Source of the DNA: Octopus sinensis
Lineage: Eukaryota
DNA: 64,000 nt
NCBI RefSeq assembly: GCF_006345805.1
Contig: NC_043008.1
Coordinates: forward strand, 21,452,001-21,516,000
Direction of reading: 5' to 3'
In this document: in pieces, positions 37,357 through 53,990 of the stretch
Layout: each line of letters starts with the position of its first letter
Position numbering within the stretch: the first letter of the stretch is position 1
Made by a program: the position numbers and the translations under genes
Notes under the pieces: model-generated
Databases searched by the model: none
What the model was told of the DNA's origin: nothing
What the model saw: the letters and a program-made list of their open reading frames with translations, nothing else

Positions 37357-37760
37357 TATATAAGCCGACAAGAAAGGTCATATTTAGATATAATTTCGCA
37401 CTACACATCACAGCAGCAGCAACAGCCGTACAAGAATTTAGACGTGGAAATCTCCATTTCCAGCGACTTCGAGGGCCACCTCCAAGTGGTATCAGGCATC
37501 AACGAAGAGCCCTCGACTACAACAAGACGACCAAAGTTTTTTTCCCCAAGGTCTGGGGTCTCCCACCCTTAATCCCTAGACCATCGCCTAATCACCCTCA
37601 CCCGTCTTGTTGCTTAACAACAACAACAACAACAACAGCAGCAGCAGCAACAAAATCAAGTACGGTAAAAACAAGTACGGTTTAACGTTGGTCTTAATCC
37701 TCTTATAATCCGTGTTAATTCTTATTGTACAGCAAACTTTATTTCATTTATCTAAGTAAG
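37357..37760 (+). promoter_or_regulatory. Possible TATA-box promoter and non-coding first exon (tentative)
   Basis: TATATAAG at 37357-37364 in a non-repetitive GC-elevated island; AA|GTAAGT donor-like site at about 37755. No transcript evidence. Confidence 0.2.
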
Positions 37761-39798
37761 TTTTATAATTGTTTAATTTAGAGTATGTTGACTAACTTTG
37801 GTTCGGACCCCTGCCCCGATGGTATCTGGTACCTTTGGTTCCGGAAAATCGATGCTGTACCAGTATGTGATTTTACAATCCTGGGTAAGATGGAATTTCA
37901 AAATCACTCCAACAATATTTTGAACATGGGAAGCAAGGAGACATATATACTGCATTGGAATTTTATTCAATATTTTACCCAGTCTGTGTGATCTCTCAAT
38001 TTCACTTCATGGTCACTAACTTTAGGAAGGGTCATTTATTCTATATATATGAAAAAAAAAAATATGAATGTTTCCGTTTTTACGTATTCTTAAATTATCT
38101 TTTTGCTTTTTTTTTGTTGAGAATATGTCTGTCATTTTGACAAATGTTACTACTTACCTTTGGATAGAATGGTGCCACAAAATTCCGAGAGAAGTATTTT
38201 GATAAATGTTGCTTAACAATAAATATTCTTTCTTTCTTCGTTCCTTCCCCTCTTTCCTTCCTTCTTCGTGTCTCTCTTTGTTTCTTTCACTTGTTTTTGT
38301 TATCGACTTGTTGATAGGTGATAAATCAAAGATTTTTAGTAGCCAGAGCTGGAATGAAACGAACAAATCAAGCAGAATATTAAGATTAACGCTTCCTGTA
38401 TACACATATATGCACTTTCTGGTAAAGTTCTGATGGTGTAGCAGCGAATAGCAGCATTTTCCAACACTAGTTGCGTTATCTTGCTTACTCAAATCGTTTG
38501 ACCTCTTTCGTTCGGAAATCCGCGTTCATATTATGTCAGCTAACACGAACCTGTTGTTTTTTTTTTCTTCCCTAAGATAGGTGATTTGACTGCAGTTAAA
38601 CGGAAATGAGAAAATTTATTGCCATTAATGTTGCATAAGCAATCCCAGTGGGCTGTGACTTAGGAGATATGTAGCTGATATATTTCAAGACAAGTGGTTT
38701 TCTGTCTTTTGTCTTCGTGGCGAACGAAAGGTGAAAAAAATCAAACAAAAACTATTTGCATGCAGTATAGGATCATGTAAAAGAATACCTTTAATGTTAA
38801 AAGCTTAGATAGTTCTAGAAAACTATTATTGCTCGCCTTGTTATATTTATCATATTTATTATAATTTTCTCTCCTGCAACTCGTTTTTCCATTTTTTTCA
38901 TTTTTCTCCTTTTCTTGTTTTGCTTTACTGTTTTCCTCCCCATTTTCGTTTATACGTTTTACATTCACCTCTATCACATTCTTCTTGTGCCTCCACGTAC
39001 CTCGCTAATGTTCTTCCCTCGCAGAACAAACACCTTTTTGTTGGACATGTATTAAATCCTATTTTTCCTTCTTGTCCATAACTTCCACATTATACCATCT
39101 CACACATATAGCCCTAGATATACTTCAAATCCCTTACATTTCTCTCGCCTTCCCTTTTAACTCACACCCTCACCCGCTTTCATCTCCGTACGTCTACGCT
39201 TAACTTTCATAGACTCAACGATGGCACTCACCAACATCCCACATTCATACTGTACCTTTACATACAAGCACACATATACGCACACTGCAAAACCATACAG
39301 ACAGAAATTCTGCCATCTCAAAAAAGGATACGTTCCTATATGTACATTCGCACACGCCACTCACCATACATTTCCTCCCGTTTTGACTTCGCTATAGAGA
39401 GCCTCCTTCCCACCTGGCGCATAGACAGTCACCTTTCGTAGCTAGTCATACTCTTCTCGATTACGTTTCCTCTTTCACATTTCTCGTTTGCTTCCTTCTA
39501 TACTTTTGTTGTGATAAAGGAGCAGTGTTTATTAACAAAGACAACTCTAGCACAATATTTTTATAACTTGCCCATCTGCGTTGGCTGTTTTCTTTTCAGT
39601 GACTTCCCACACTCTCTCTATACACAGAGATACACGCACGCACAAGCGCGCGCACACATATCTGTGCACAAATGCATGCATATGTATATATAGTATTTTT
39701 TAAATTATTTTATTATAATATTTAGTTTCAGCTCACAAGCTGTGGCCATGCTGGGGCACCGCCATTTATATATATATATATATATATACACGTATGCT

Positions 39799-39829
<31 letters not shown>

Positions 39830-39840
39830 GCACGTATGCT

Positions 39841-40850
<1,010 letters not shown>

Positions 40851-41656
40851 AGATTCACACACTTATTGCAGCCGCCCTTCAGTTTTTCTAAGCCCAGTAA
40901 AAAAATTTAAATGGTTGGGCCTCCAACTAATCATTTCGCGATACCATTAAATCCAGGAACTTTTCCGCACCCCTCGCATACGGCTGTTGCAGAGTTCACC
41001 TTAAAAACATCATATACTAATTTGTGTATTTTCATTATATATCTATCATAACTAAACGCACCTTAACAAAACATATTCACCCAGACGTACACATACTCCT
41101 ACACATTATTCTATATGCAGATATGAGTGTGGGTGTCGACCATACCTTTATAAATAGCAGCGATGTAAAATTTGGTCAACTTAGCAAATATTCTACACAT
41201 TATGATTCAACTATGATGCCTTTGGAAAGATAACTTTTATCTCTTTCATACCAAAACTGTTTTGTGTTCATATGTACGAATCAAAAAATACAAACGTTTA
41301 TCTTTTATATAATAAATGTGTTTTTTGTGCGTGTTTGCTTATTCTAAACAAATATATGTAAATTAGTCACGTATATGTATAACATATAGGTACATACAGG
41401 CGTACATAGATATGTACATACATACTCACACAGACACACATATATATATAATATATATATATATTTATGTATGTATATATATGCATATATATATACGCTT
41501 ACAAATATACAAATATGTATATATATATTATACACACACACACACATTCACACACACACATATATATGTATATATATATATATAAACAGCTTTACAAATA
41601 TACATACAAACATATATATATATATATATAAATATATACATACATACACACACACA

Positions 41657-41692
<36 letters not shown>

Positions 41693-41990
41693 CGTATGTA
41701 TGAATATATATACATATAAATTCATATAGACATACATAAATATGCACACATATTAGTCTATGTATGTGTGTAAGTAGATATATATATGTGTGTGTGTTTG
41801 TGAATGTGTGTGTAAGTGTCTGTGTTGGTGTATGTCTATGTGTGTGTGTGTGTGTGTGTGGACATGAAAAGTTTGAAATGCAAATTATCAAACATCTCAG
41901 TAATGCAATATCCATAAAAAGATACGAAAAATCCCAAAGTGGTTTGATACGGCAACAAATGATCTCATGCCTTCATAACTTCCATCTCTC

Positions 41991-42037
<47 letters not shown>

Positions 42038-42294
42038 TTCTCTTTCTCTTCATCTCTCCCCCCTCTCTCTCTCTATCTTTCTACACCTTATCTATTTATT
42101 GAGGTGTAAAGTGAAGGTGTTAAGTCTATTTAAATAATATTGACGTCTGAAGCCGGATCAAAGCAAACAAAGAATAAATGATGTAAAATTAGCAGGAGCA
42201 AAAACAACACAATTGATAGCAGTTCTTCAAGACGAAGCAGACAATGATGACTGTTATATGTCAAACATAAACGAGAAGGGATCATACATACATA

Positions 42295-42540
42295 CTTGCC
42301 CTCCGGCGGTTGCGACGGCGAGGGTTTAAGTTGATACGATCAACGGAGCTGTCTGCTCGTGAAAGCAGCTTGCAAGTGGCTGAGAACTCCGCAGACATGT
42401 GTACCCTTAACGTAGTTCTCAGGGAGATTCAGCGTGACACAGAATGTGATAAGGCTGGCCCTTTGAAATACAGGGAATACTTATTATTGCCGGATGAGTG
42501 GCCTGGAGCAACGTGAAATAAAGGGCACAAAGCGGCGCCG
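42295..42540 (-). mobile_element. Headless CORE-type SINE variant (long 3' tail)
   Basis: Minus strand TTTATTTCACGTTGCTCCAG (shared with family C) followed by a distinct tail. Confidence 0.6.
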
Positions 42541-42550
42541 GTACACACAC

Positions 42551-42601
<51 letters not shown>

Positions 42602-42680
42602 CATGCGTATATACATTCATAATACATACACACACATACATACATACATACATATATACATACATACATACATACATACA

Positions 42681-42716
<36 letters not shown>

Positions 42717-42889
42717 TACATATATATATATACATATAATAATAAGAGTAAATAATTTCTTTAATGGTTTTTAAAAAAACAAAAATTATTTACTGGTAGA
42801 TTTCGGCATGTAAATATAACCATTAACGGTAGGAACTTCTGTAAAGTTCAGTATATATATATATTGTATATAAATAAAAGGGATATACA

Positions 42890-43321
42890 TTTATGATTCA
42901 GTGCGACCATGAGATTGAGAATAGGATGCCAGACATAGTCATAATTGAGAAAGAAAGCAAACTATGCAGGATCATAGACATAAAGAGGCCCAGCTAGCAA
43001 CAAGATATGTGATAAGGAAGAAAGAAAAGTCGATAGATATGACAGATTAGCTTGGGAAGTTAAGCAGTTGTGGTCGCTGGAAAAGGTGGTAGTAGTACCA
43101 ATAATTGTCGGAGCCCTGGGAGCAGTGAATAAAAATCTTGAGACGTACATGGAGAAAATAGAGGCTGCAATAAGGGTGGAGCACTTGCAGCAAACAGCAC
43201 TGCTTAAAACTGCACAAATACTCCGGTAGGTGCTCGAAAAATAAGGGGTGTTACCTTAGTTCAATGGCAATGAACAGTTGACACCGTAGTACATCTCCAG
43301 CGCCAGAAGCTGTGCAAAGGC
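42890..43321 (+). mobile_element. R4/Dong-like non-LTR 3' end (REL endonuclease), subfamily A, (TAA)n tail
   Basis: QCDHEIENRMPDIVIIEKESKLCRIID...KVDRYDRLAWEVKQLW...VPIIVGALG...TAQILR. Confidence 0.85.
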
Positions 43322-44328
<1,007 letters not shown>

Positions 44329-44381
44329 TGATGATGACGATGACGATGACGACGACGACGATGATGATGATGATGATGATA

Positions 44382-44434
<53 letters not shown>

Positions 44435-44769
44435 GATGATGATAATTTTTATCAATTTAAAATAAAGAGAAAAAGAAAAAGTCATAAATATGTATCAAGC
44501 ATCGATGTAATACGAAGATAAAACGCCATATCTTTGATATAAAAGCTTATTGCTATGTATGATTATACGTATGAATAAACGCAGAGACTATTATATTATC
44601 ATCACTAATATTGTTATTGTTGTTGTTCTTGATTTTTGTCGTCGTCGTCATCATCATTGTTATACTACTCCTCCTTGTGGTATAAATGGAAAGTAGGGAA
44701 ACAAAGAATATTATTGCAGATAAGCATTTATAAGAAACCAAACAAAAGAAACATCATGCTGGCATTTTG

Positions 44770-44804
<35 letters not shown>

Positions 44805-44811
44805 ATATATA

Positions 44812-44917
<106 letters not shown>

Positions 44918-45205
44918 TATGTTAATATACATCAATGTACGTATACATGTATATGTATGTATGCATGTATGCATGCATGGATTTATGTATGCACGTATGT
45001 ATGTATGTAGGCGTTCATTGATGCATGATATGTTCAAACACACACACAAGCAGATATCTGCACTTCATCTATATACGGATGTGAATCTACGATCCAACAA
45101 TGATGGCAAAAACGAAAACATCTGTAAGAATAGGGATGACAATGATGATAATGATGATGTTGCTGCTGCTGCTGCTGATGATGATGATGATGAGGAAATA
45201 ATAAT

Positions 45206-45739
45206 GTCCCGATGCAGTGGCTTTCATGGCTTCTGATCTTAACTGATTGGAAGTGTTATCATGTACATTGTTTTTTCTTGGTATTAAAGATGGGCTACAG
45301 CGAATATTCTGCTCAATACCACAGATTTGCTTGTTAGTTGTTTGAACTTAACCAGTTGAGCATGTCCCTTAGTGGCTGACGATACTTGCATCTCTGATCA
45401 CGAGCAGAAGTAGTGGTGGAGCATCGTAGCCATGTGTTAAGAGGGATTCTTTGGGGTTTGTATAATTCACCTCTGGAAACATGGGTGTTTCGTTCAACAA
45501 TAACCCTTATTCAAGGAGCATTTGAGCGGAATTGGCTATTCGACCTGTAGAACCTTCTAACTGGGCCCCACCTGCATGGTCATGTGCTATTTATCTTGAT
45601 ATGAAATCACCATGTCGCGCACATATGGTTGTGATGCATGTGCCTGGTCTACCCTTATCAGACGAATAGTCATGATGGGTATACTGGGCTTTGTATATTT
45701 TTACCCCAGTGTCACTTTGATGGCATGCACTGCTCTCTC
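45206..45739 (+). mobile_element. Non-coding repeat of about 530 bp flanked by (AAT)n on both sides (unclassified, probably non-autonomous)
   Basis: AATAATAAT|GTCCCGATGCAGTGG...CACTGCTCTCTC|AATAATAAT; no meaningful ORF. Its repeat status is from recall only. Confidence 0.5.
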
Positions 45740-45752
45740 AATAATAATAATG

Positions 45753-45831
<79 letters not shown>

Positions 45832-46367
45832 TGATGATAATAATAAATCATATTTATTGCAAAACTAACATCGCAGTCCATAAAAATAGGATGAATGAGT
45901 CTATAGATAGAGGACGAATCCTGCTATTGATTAGCTCAGAGAGGCGATCGCAACTAGATAGCTATATGATGCAAGAACCTGCGTCCATAAATAATAACAA
46001 TAATGATAATGATAATAATAATAAGAAGAAGAATCGTTTAGAATAGCAATGTAAATAATGGAGTGTATTAGGAAATGTTTCTTTTTGTCAAGTTATATTG
46101 CTTGATGAAATCTGGCAAATAATCCGCTGAACTGTTCAGTGAAAATACGTTGGTCTATATTTATCTTATGAATAGATGCTAATGACAGTAAAACAGTCAA
46201 AATGAAAATGTTTATAATAAAGTTCTATTCTCTAGCATAGATTACATTCTCTCTCAAATGTCTTTTCACCCTCATTTTTTTTTTAAGAAAGGGATACGGA
46301 GTGAATATAAAGCACAGTGTTTAACATTCTTGTATTGCTGTTTTAGTATAATAATATAATACAATTC

Positions 46368-46690
46368 TAGCACACCGGGCGAAATGCTTAACGGTATTTC
46401 GTCTGCCGTTACGTTCTGAGTTCAAATTCCGCCGAGGTCGATTTTGCCTTTCATCCTTTCGGGGTCGATTAAATAAGTACCAGTTACGCACTGGGCTCGA
46501 TGTAATCGACTTAATACCTATGTCTGTCCTTGTTTGTCCCCTCTATGTTTAGCCCTTGTGGGTAATAAAGAAACAGGTATTTCGTCAGTCTTTACGTTCT
46601 GAGTTCAAATTCCGCCGAGGTGACTTTGCCTTTCATCCTTTCGGGGTCGATAAAATAAGTACCAGTTGCGTACTGGGATCGATCTAATCG
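46368..46690 (+). mobile_element. Family N SINE with duplicated 3' body
   Basis: TAGCACACCGGGCGAAATG...AAAGAAACAGGTATTTCGTC junction. Confidence 0.88.
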
Positions 46691-47476
46691 AATGGCCTCC
46701 TTCACAAAATTTTGGGCCTTATCCCTAGAGAAGAAAAGAATATAAATATAATCATATAATGCCCTTTTAGCATTAGAACGGCGGATCAACAGAATCGTTA
46801 GATGTTCCAAGTTCAAATCCCGCCAAGGCTAGCATTGTCTTTCAACCGTTTGGGTTCCACAAAATAAAATACTAGCTCAGTACTAGGGACAATACTATCG
46901 ATTTATAACTCTTCTAACAAAAATGTGGCCTTCAGTCAATATCTTATACTTGTGATGATCATTGGACTGCGGCCATGCTGTGGCACCTCCTTGAAGAATT
47001 TTAATCGTCGAACGAATCGACTCCAGTATTTATACATTTTAAAACCTGGTACTTATTTCATCGGGCTCCTCTGCCGAAACGCCAAGTTACCTGCATGTAA
47101 ACACACCAAAATCGGTTGCCAAACGGTAGAGGGCGACAATTACAGACACAGACACAGACATAGACAGACCAATTCTACTTACAAGGTTTTGTTCGGTCTG
47201 AGGCGATAGTTGTTGACACTTACCCAAGATGTCACGTAGTGGACTGTATCTGCAATCATGTGGTTCGGTAACAAAGTTCTTACTACATAGACACGACCAT
47301 TATATGAATTATAAAAATATCTTTTAAGCTTATACAATTGGTGGTGCGTCGGACAAAATCTTCGCTGCATTTCTTCCGATTCTTTATATAGTCGGTTCAA
47401 ATCGAGCTCCGGTCTATGTCGTTTCGATTAATGCGCAGAAACCCGTCATATATATATATATCTATATATATCTATC

Positions 47477-47519
<43 letters not shown>

Positions 47520-47531
47520 GTATATATATAT

Positions 47532-47577
<46 letters not shown>

Positions 47578-47856
47578 CATATACATATAAACATATATAT
47601 ATATATTCATACATGTGCGTGTGGTGTTTGTGTGTGTGGGTGTGTGTGCACGTTTGCGTGTCCGTACGTTGTAATCTATAGCTGTCACCGCTAAACACTT
47701 TGGTTTCTGTGTTGTGTACCCGTAACTTAACAGTTCAGCGAAAGGATGGATAAAATAAGCGACCTTAGAATATAAGTACTTGGGTCCATTTGATATACGA
47801 TGCACTAGTATGGCTACTGCCCAGTGATCGAAAGAACAGGCAGAATAAAAGAAAGA

Positions 47857-47953
<97 letters not shown>

Positions 47954-48731
47954 TATAACATGTATTGAAATACAAAGTCAAGAAAATGAATTGAATAATT
48001 ACAATGGAAAATATTTATATTTGTACCAAAGTACGCAACAGATTTCAATTATATTCTAATATTGTTTAGTTTGTAAAAGAAAGAAAAATAAATTGGAACA
48101 ATTTAAATTATATTAACTTTCATGATATCAGTCATGGAAATTCACATGCTTTCCTGAATCAATTCATATGATGCTGGTACACAGTGAATTTTGTAAAAAA
48201 AAAAAAAGAAAAAAAAACTTAAAGAGATGTGAATTTTCAAGAGTAATACTACGGTTTAATTTATTTCAATTTGTTTTCCCTTCTCTTGCAGCGTGACTAA
48301 ACTCTCGTATCAAACGATTGAAACAGGTAGCATGTTTTGATAAGCAAATATCCCTTTTCTTTCTTTTGTCCATTTGTCCATGATACAGATCCCAAAGCAT
48401 TTTCTTCTTTGAGTTTACTACAATATATATATATATATATATATAAACATGTATATATATGTATGTATATATATGCACAAGTATATTATGTGTACCTATA
48501 CGTATATATAAAAGTATATATATATATATATATATATAAAACATGTATGTATATGTATGTATATATATGCACAAATATATTATGTGTACATATACGTATA
48601 TATAAAAGGTATATATATAATATAATATATATATATATATATATAGTAGAAATATGTAGTACGAAAAGAAAATATAAAATACACGTGAAATGTAAGGGTA
48701 TATATATTTACCCCTATATTATATATATATA

Positions 48732-48785
<54 letters not shown>

Positions 48786-50090
48786 TTATATATTTGTATA
48801 TGTACTTTATATTTATATATATTGATATACATATGTTCTTACGTGAGCGGTTTGCCAAAATAATAGAATAAATTAATTCGGATTTATATTTATTGGAAAT
48901 GGTGAAATCTGAGCTTTCACCATTGTGTCTTAAAGCATTCCGAATTATCTTTCATTGCTTTCTTTTAGAATCATCATCGTGGAATTTTACAGAGATGATA
49001 CGATTTGTAGTGTTTATATTTCTCACAAGTTGCGATATTTGTATAAACATAAGCAATATACAGAAAATAGTGAATCGTTCTCGTATCTCTATATTCCACA
49101 ACGTTGGCGTGTATTTGTTGACTTGTTAAACAGCAGCGTCAACATTCGAAAATAGCACATAAAATAAATTTACACATCAACAGGGAATAATGGTAGAATG
49201 GCGAAGATAAAATACTCCGGTTCCTATGTATTTATATTACGTTGTTGTTAACAGGCCATACTCTAACCGTTTCTAGGCAGCTTGTTTCAAGATATTATTA
49301 TTCCGAAGTAAAATTATAACTCAGGATTTATATATATATATTGTAAATAAAAATATTATTTACCCCTAACATTCATGCTTGTAAAACACTTGCAGCATAA
49401 CACATACGAAAATCTTTGTTTAAAATCTGACGTTTACAGTCTCAAAATCTCTGAAGTGTATCTTTCACAGACCTTCAGTTGAACGCAAGAAACAATATAA
49501 CAAATTAATGTGTAATATATACTAGGTTATATAATATTTTCTGCATTGTGTCAATAAATCCAAAATATAAAACGTTCCAAATGGACATTAAATGAATCTT
49601 TACAATCTCAATATATATTAATATTCTACAAAAACGCAGAAGCTATTCTTCTCATATTTACAGATAGAAATGGGAACCGCATCCACCATTCGAGTTCAAA
49701 ATGTTTTCGATATAAAGTTTAAAAGACTGCGGAGTTGCAAACATAGTACAGTGTCAAACTAAATGTATTATGGTTCCTCGTTAATTGCTTCTCCGTCATG
49801 AATAGTAACTTAACTTTAATGGAGACAGTTTTGCCGTTCATTCGTTCTAGGTCAAGACTTAACAGTCATATGCCGGTCTATTTTAAGGCGGCGTGCAGAT
49901 AGAATCGCTAGAACGTCGGTAAGAAAAAAATGGAGTATTTTTACCGACACTATCCGTTCTGAGTTCAAGTCCCACCGAGATCAACATGGCTTTTCATCAT
50001 TTCTGGGTAGATTATATAAAGTCCCTGTTTATGATGTAACCTTACAAATACATTCCCTACTTTTAGGTCACTTTAAATGAACCCTTGATT

Positions 50091-50190
50091 NNNNNNNNNN
50101 NNNNNNNNNNNNNNNNNNNNNNNNNNNNNNNNNNNNNNNNNNNNNNNNNNNNNNNNNNNNNNNNNNNNNNNNNNNNNNNNNNNNNNNNNN
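50091..50190. other. Assembly gap (100 N)
   Basis: Run of exactly 100 N. Confidence 1.
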
Positions 50191-50345
50191 CTCTTTGGTC
50201 GGCCCGAGGCTATAGTAGAAGACACTTGCCTAATGTGCCACGCTGTGTGGGACTGAACCTAGAATCATGTGGTTGGTAAGCAAGCTACTTACCACACAAC
50301 CCTACTGCGCCTATGTATACGTATACACACACACGCACACACAGA

Positions 50346-50385
<40 letters not shown>

Positions 50386-50584
50386 CTATACAAACTCATA
50401 CATATACTTGCACACTTATAATCTATATCTATCTCTCATCTTTTACATGCTTCAGTACTTAGATTACAGCTAAGATGGGGCACTGCCTCCGTCTTGAAGA
50501 ATGCTAAGTTAGAGGACATAAATACACCATCGGTTGTCAAGCAATGGGGAAAGGACAAGCACAGGACACAAACACTCACACACA

Positions 50585-50618
<34 letters not shown>

Positions 50619-50749
50619 AGCACTCACAGACATATGCGCCTATGAGTGTATGTATATATATATATATATATGTAAATAAGTATGTATGCTTGTTCAACCA
50701 TTTAGAAATATTGGTTTCATATTTTCGCACAAGGCAGCAATTTCAGGGG

Positions 50750-51295
50750 AGGTGAGTAAGTCGATTACATTGACCCCGGTCGACCGCCGTGGAATTTGAA
50801 TTCAGAACGGAAAGACGGACGAAATGCTGCTAAGCGTTATGCCTGGCATGCGAACGATTGTGCCAGTTTGTCACCTTAACCCATGAGAAATATTCTTTTC
50901 TACTCTAGGCAAAGGGCCCGAGATTTTGGGGGAGGGGACCTGTTGATTAGATCGACCCACGTACACAACTGGTGCTTAATTTATCGACCACGAAAGGATG
51001 AAAGGCAAAGTCGATCTTGGTGGAATTTGAACTCAGAATGTAGCGGCAGACGAATACCTATTTCTTTACTACCCACAAGGGGCTAAACACAGAGGGGACA
51101 AACAAGGACAGACAAACCGATTAAGTCGATTACATCGACCCCAGTGCGTAACTGGTACTTATTTAATCGACCCCGAAAGGATGACAGGCAAAGTCGACCT
51201 CGGCGGAATTTGAACTCAGAACGTAGCGGCAGACGAAATACCGCCAAGCATTTCGCCCGGCAAGCTAATGTTTCTGCAAGTTTGTCACCTTAACC
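50750..51295 (-). mobile_element. Family N SINE cluster; flank CCATGAGAAATATT repeated
   Basis: AGTTTGTCACCTTAACCCATGAGAAATATT at about 50865 and about 51279. Confidence 0.85.
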
Positions 51296-51339
51296 CATGA
51301 GAAATATTAAGAATGTTATGCATACAGAAGTAATCTTTT

Positions 51340-51700
51340 CTTTTATTTGTCGCAGTCATTTGTCTGCGGCCATGCTGGAGCACCGCCTTTAGTCGAATGA
51401 ATCGAACTTAGGACTTATTCATTGTAAGCTTAGTACTTCGTCTATCGGTCTCTTTTACCGAACCTCTAAGTTACGGGAACGTGAACACACTAGCATCGAT
51501 TGTCTAGCGATGGTGGTGTGGGGCAAAGACGCACACACACACACACATATATGACGGGTTTCCTTCAGTTTCCATCTGGCAAATCCACTCCCAAGGCCTT
51601 GGTCAGCCCATGGCTATTGTAGAAGACACATCCCCAAGGTACCAGGCAATGCGACGGAACCCAGAACCATGTGGTTGGTTAGCACACGGCCACTCCTAAA
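51340..51700 (-). mobile_element. Diverged family K SINE
   Basis: GGCCATGCTGGAGCACCGCC and AACCATGTGGTTGGT blocks. Confidence 0.8.
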
Positions 51701-52812
51701 CTTATGTCTCTTTCCATCTATTAGAACATAATAAGAAGTATTCTGCATACCACCAACATCACCACGACCACCACCACGACCACCACGACCACCACCAACA
51801 ACAACAACAACAAAAACAAGAACAGCAACACACACCATCATCACCACCCCGCCTCCCCGCCTTTCCCCAGTATCATCACAACAAGCGCTACCACCACCAC
51901 CACCACCACTATAAGGAGAAGAACAAAAACGAAAATAGTAACACATGCATATTTGATGGATGTCATCAATATTTTTAGATTTAACCCTGTCTAATTTGGA
52001 GATGAATTTAGTAACAAGAAGAAAAAAAGAGGAATTATGAATTAGCTGTTTCGAACTGTTTTATTCTTATATATTTTCCTAGAAATTTATCCTTATGATG
52101 GGTAAAAATTCAGAATGCGTTTCAGTGACTATTTGGAGTTTAGCTAATTTTTGAAAACCTTTCACATTGATATATGCTGTGGAAAATGTTGCATTGTTGG
52201 TATAAAGGGGTGATATTTACAGTTTACTTTATATAAGATAGTTGGCAGCTGTACATGGTATAAGAATAGTAGACTGTTGTCGCTGTTGTTATTGTTGTTG
52301 CTGTTGCTGTTGTTGTTGTTGTTGTTCTTCTTCTTCTTCTCATTCTTCTCCTCTTCTTCTTCTTCTTCTTCTTCTTCTTCTTCTTCTTCCTCCTCTTCTT
52401 CTTCTTCTTCTTCTTCTTCTTCTTCTTCTCATTCTTCTTCTTCTTCTCATTCTTCTTTTTTTTTACCTACTTCTGGTTTTGTATCTATAATCCATGCCAC
52501 GCGCGCTCTCCCTCTCCCTCTCTCCCTATCCCTCTCTCTGTATATATAGTTTGACAGGAGAGTTAGGGAGAAATGGAGATAATAAAGTGCTGTATTTATA
52601 TATAAATACACAGACACACAGACACACACACATATATATATATCTACAAGAGACAATCATTACCAATGTACATACATACACACACATATGCATACATTCA
52701 GATTATATATATATATGTATATATATATATAATATATATTATATATATCTATATATGTTATATATATATATATATATTATATATATATATATTATATATT
52801 ATATATATATTG

Positions 52813-52868
<56 letters not shown>

Positions 52869-53392
52869 TATATATTACAACACGTTACAGATTTTACTAC
52901 AATTTGCAGGCGTTTGATCGAGACAGCAAAGCATTATTCTCATCTTAATGAAACATCTTCCAAATTGTAATTAAATTTTATTTTAAAAAGTAAGAAACTG
53001 TCACTTCAAATGAGTTAAGTACATATTTTAATTACCAGACAGCTTAATTGTATACCTGTACTATTATGTTTGCTTACCTGTATATAATTATCTACGTGCT
53101 TATACACGGACACACATACACATGCGCACAAATATGTATATATATATAACAATACTCCCAACATGAATTTCTTAATATTCGATCCATCACTACGCGCGTT
53201 TCCAAGAATCACATTACTTTTAAGATCACAGTCCGTATTCCTGTTTGTCCTACATTATATCTGTATAACTTGATGTAATTCCGAAAAGCTGGCTCATTAA
53301 TCAGCATCATTAGACGGTGGTCGACGTAATGGAATAGGAGCTTTATTTGCATATTCAAAACGTTACCATAAACACACATGTTATATATAATA

Positions 53393-53441
<49 letters not shown>

Positions 53442-53990
53442 TGTGTGCGTGTGTGTGTGTTGTGTCTGTGTGTGTGTGTGTGTGTGTATGTGTGTGTGGG
53501 GTTTATAAATATATATATATCCATATATATATATTGTTTATATTTCGGAATGGTCATATTGCCAGTTTAGCCAATACTTATACATACATGTACGTATATA
53601 TACATACTTACATACATATATATATATTGAGTGTTGTACTGATATTTACTTTATATCTTAACGTAGACCATGCTCTTTCAAGTTTATGTAGAGTATTTAA
53701 CCCTACTGACCGTGTCACGTTCACTCACCCATTGTATTTATTCGTAATCAGATGTTTTTGACACAGAAATGATCCCTGTGCACACTTCCGACAACTGCCT
53801 GCTCATCCCAATGTCGCTTCTTTAGAAAGTACTCTACTTCGTTCTTTGGTCTTTCATTTTCTTTGACGAAGATGAGATGTCCGAAACGTCGTGCCTTTCA
53901 GTGCTTTAACTTCACAGCGTGAAAGTAATCAATGTATAAATTTGTACGTTGTTTTTGTTTTGTTTTGCGCTCTGAATATGTTTTTGCATA

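Noticed and set aside
37819-37923. Short ORF MVSGTFGSGKSML... matching a P-loop GxxxxGKS
   Set aside because: Only 34 codons, in-frame TGA shortly upstream with no AG acceptor between, and no Walker B context; treated as chance.
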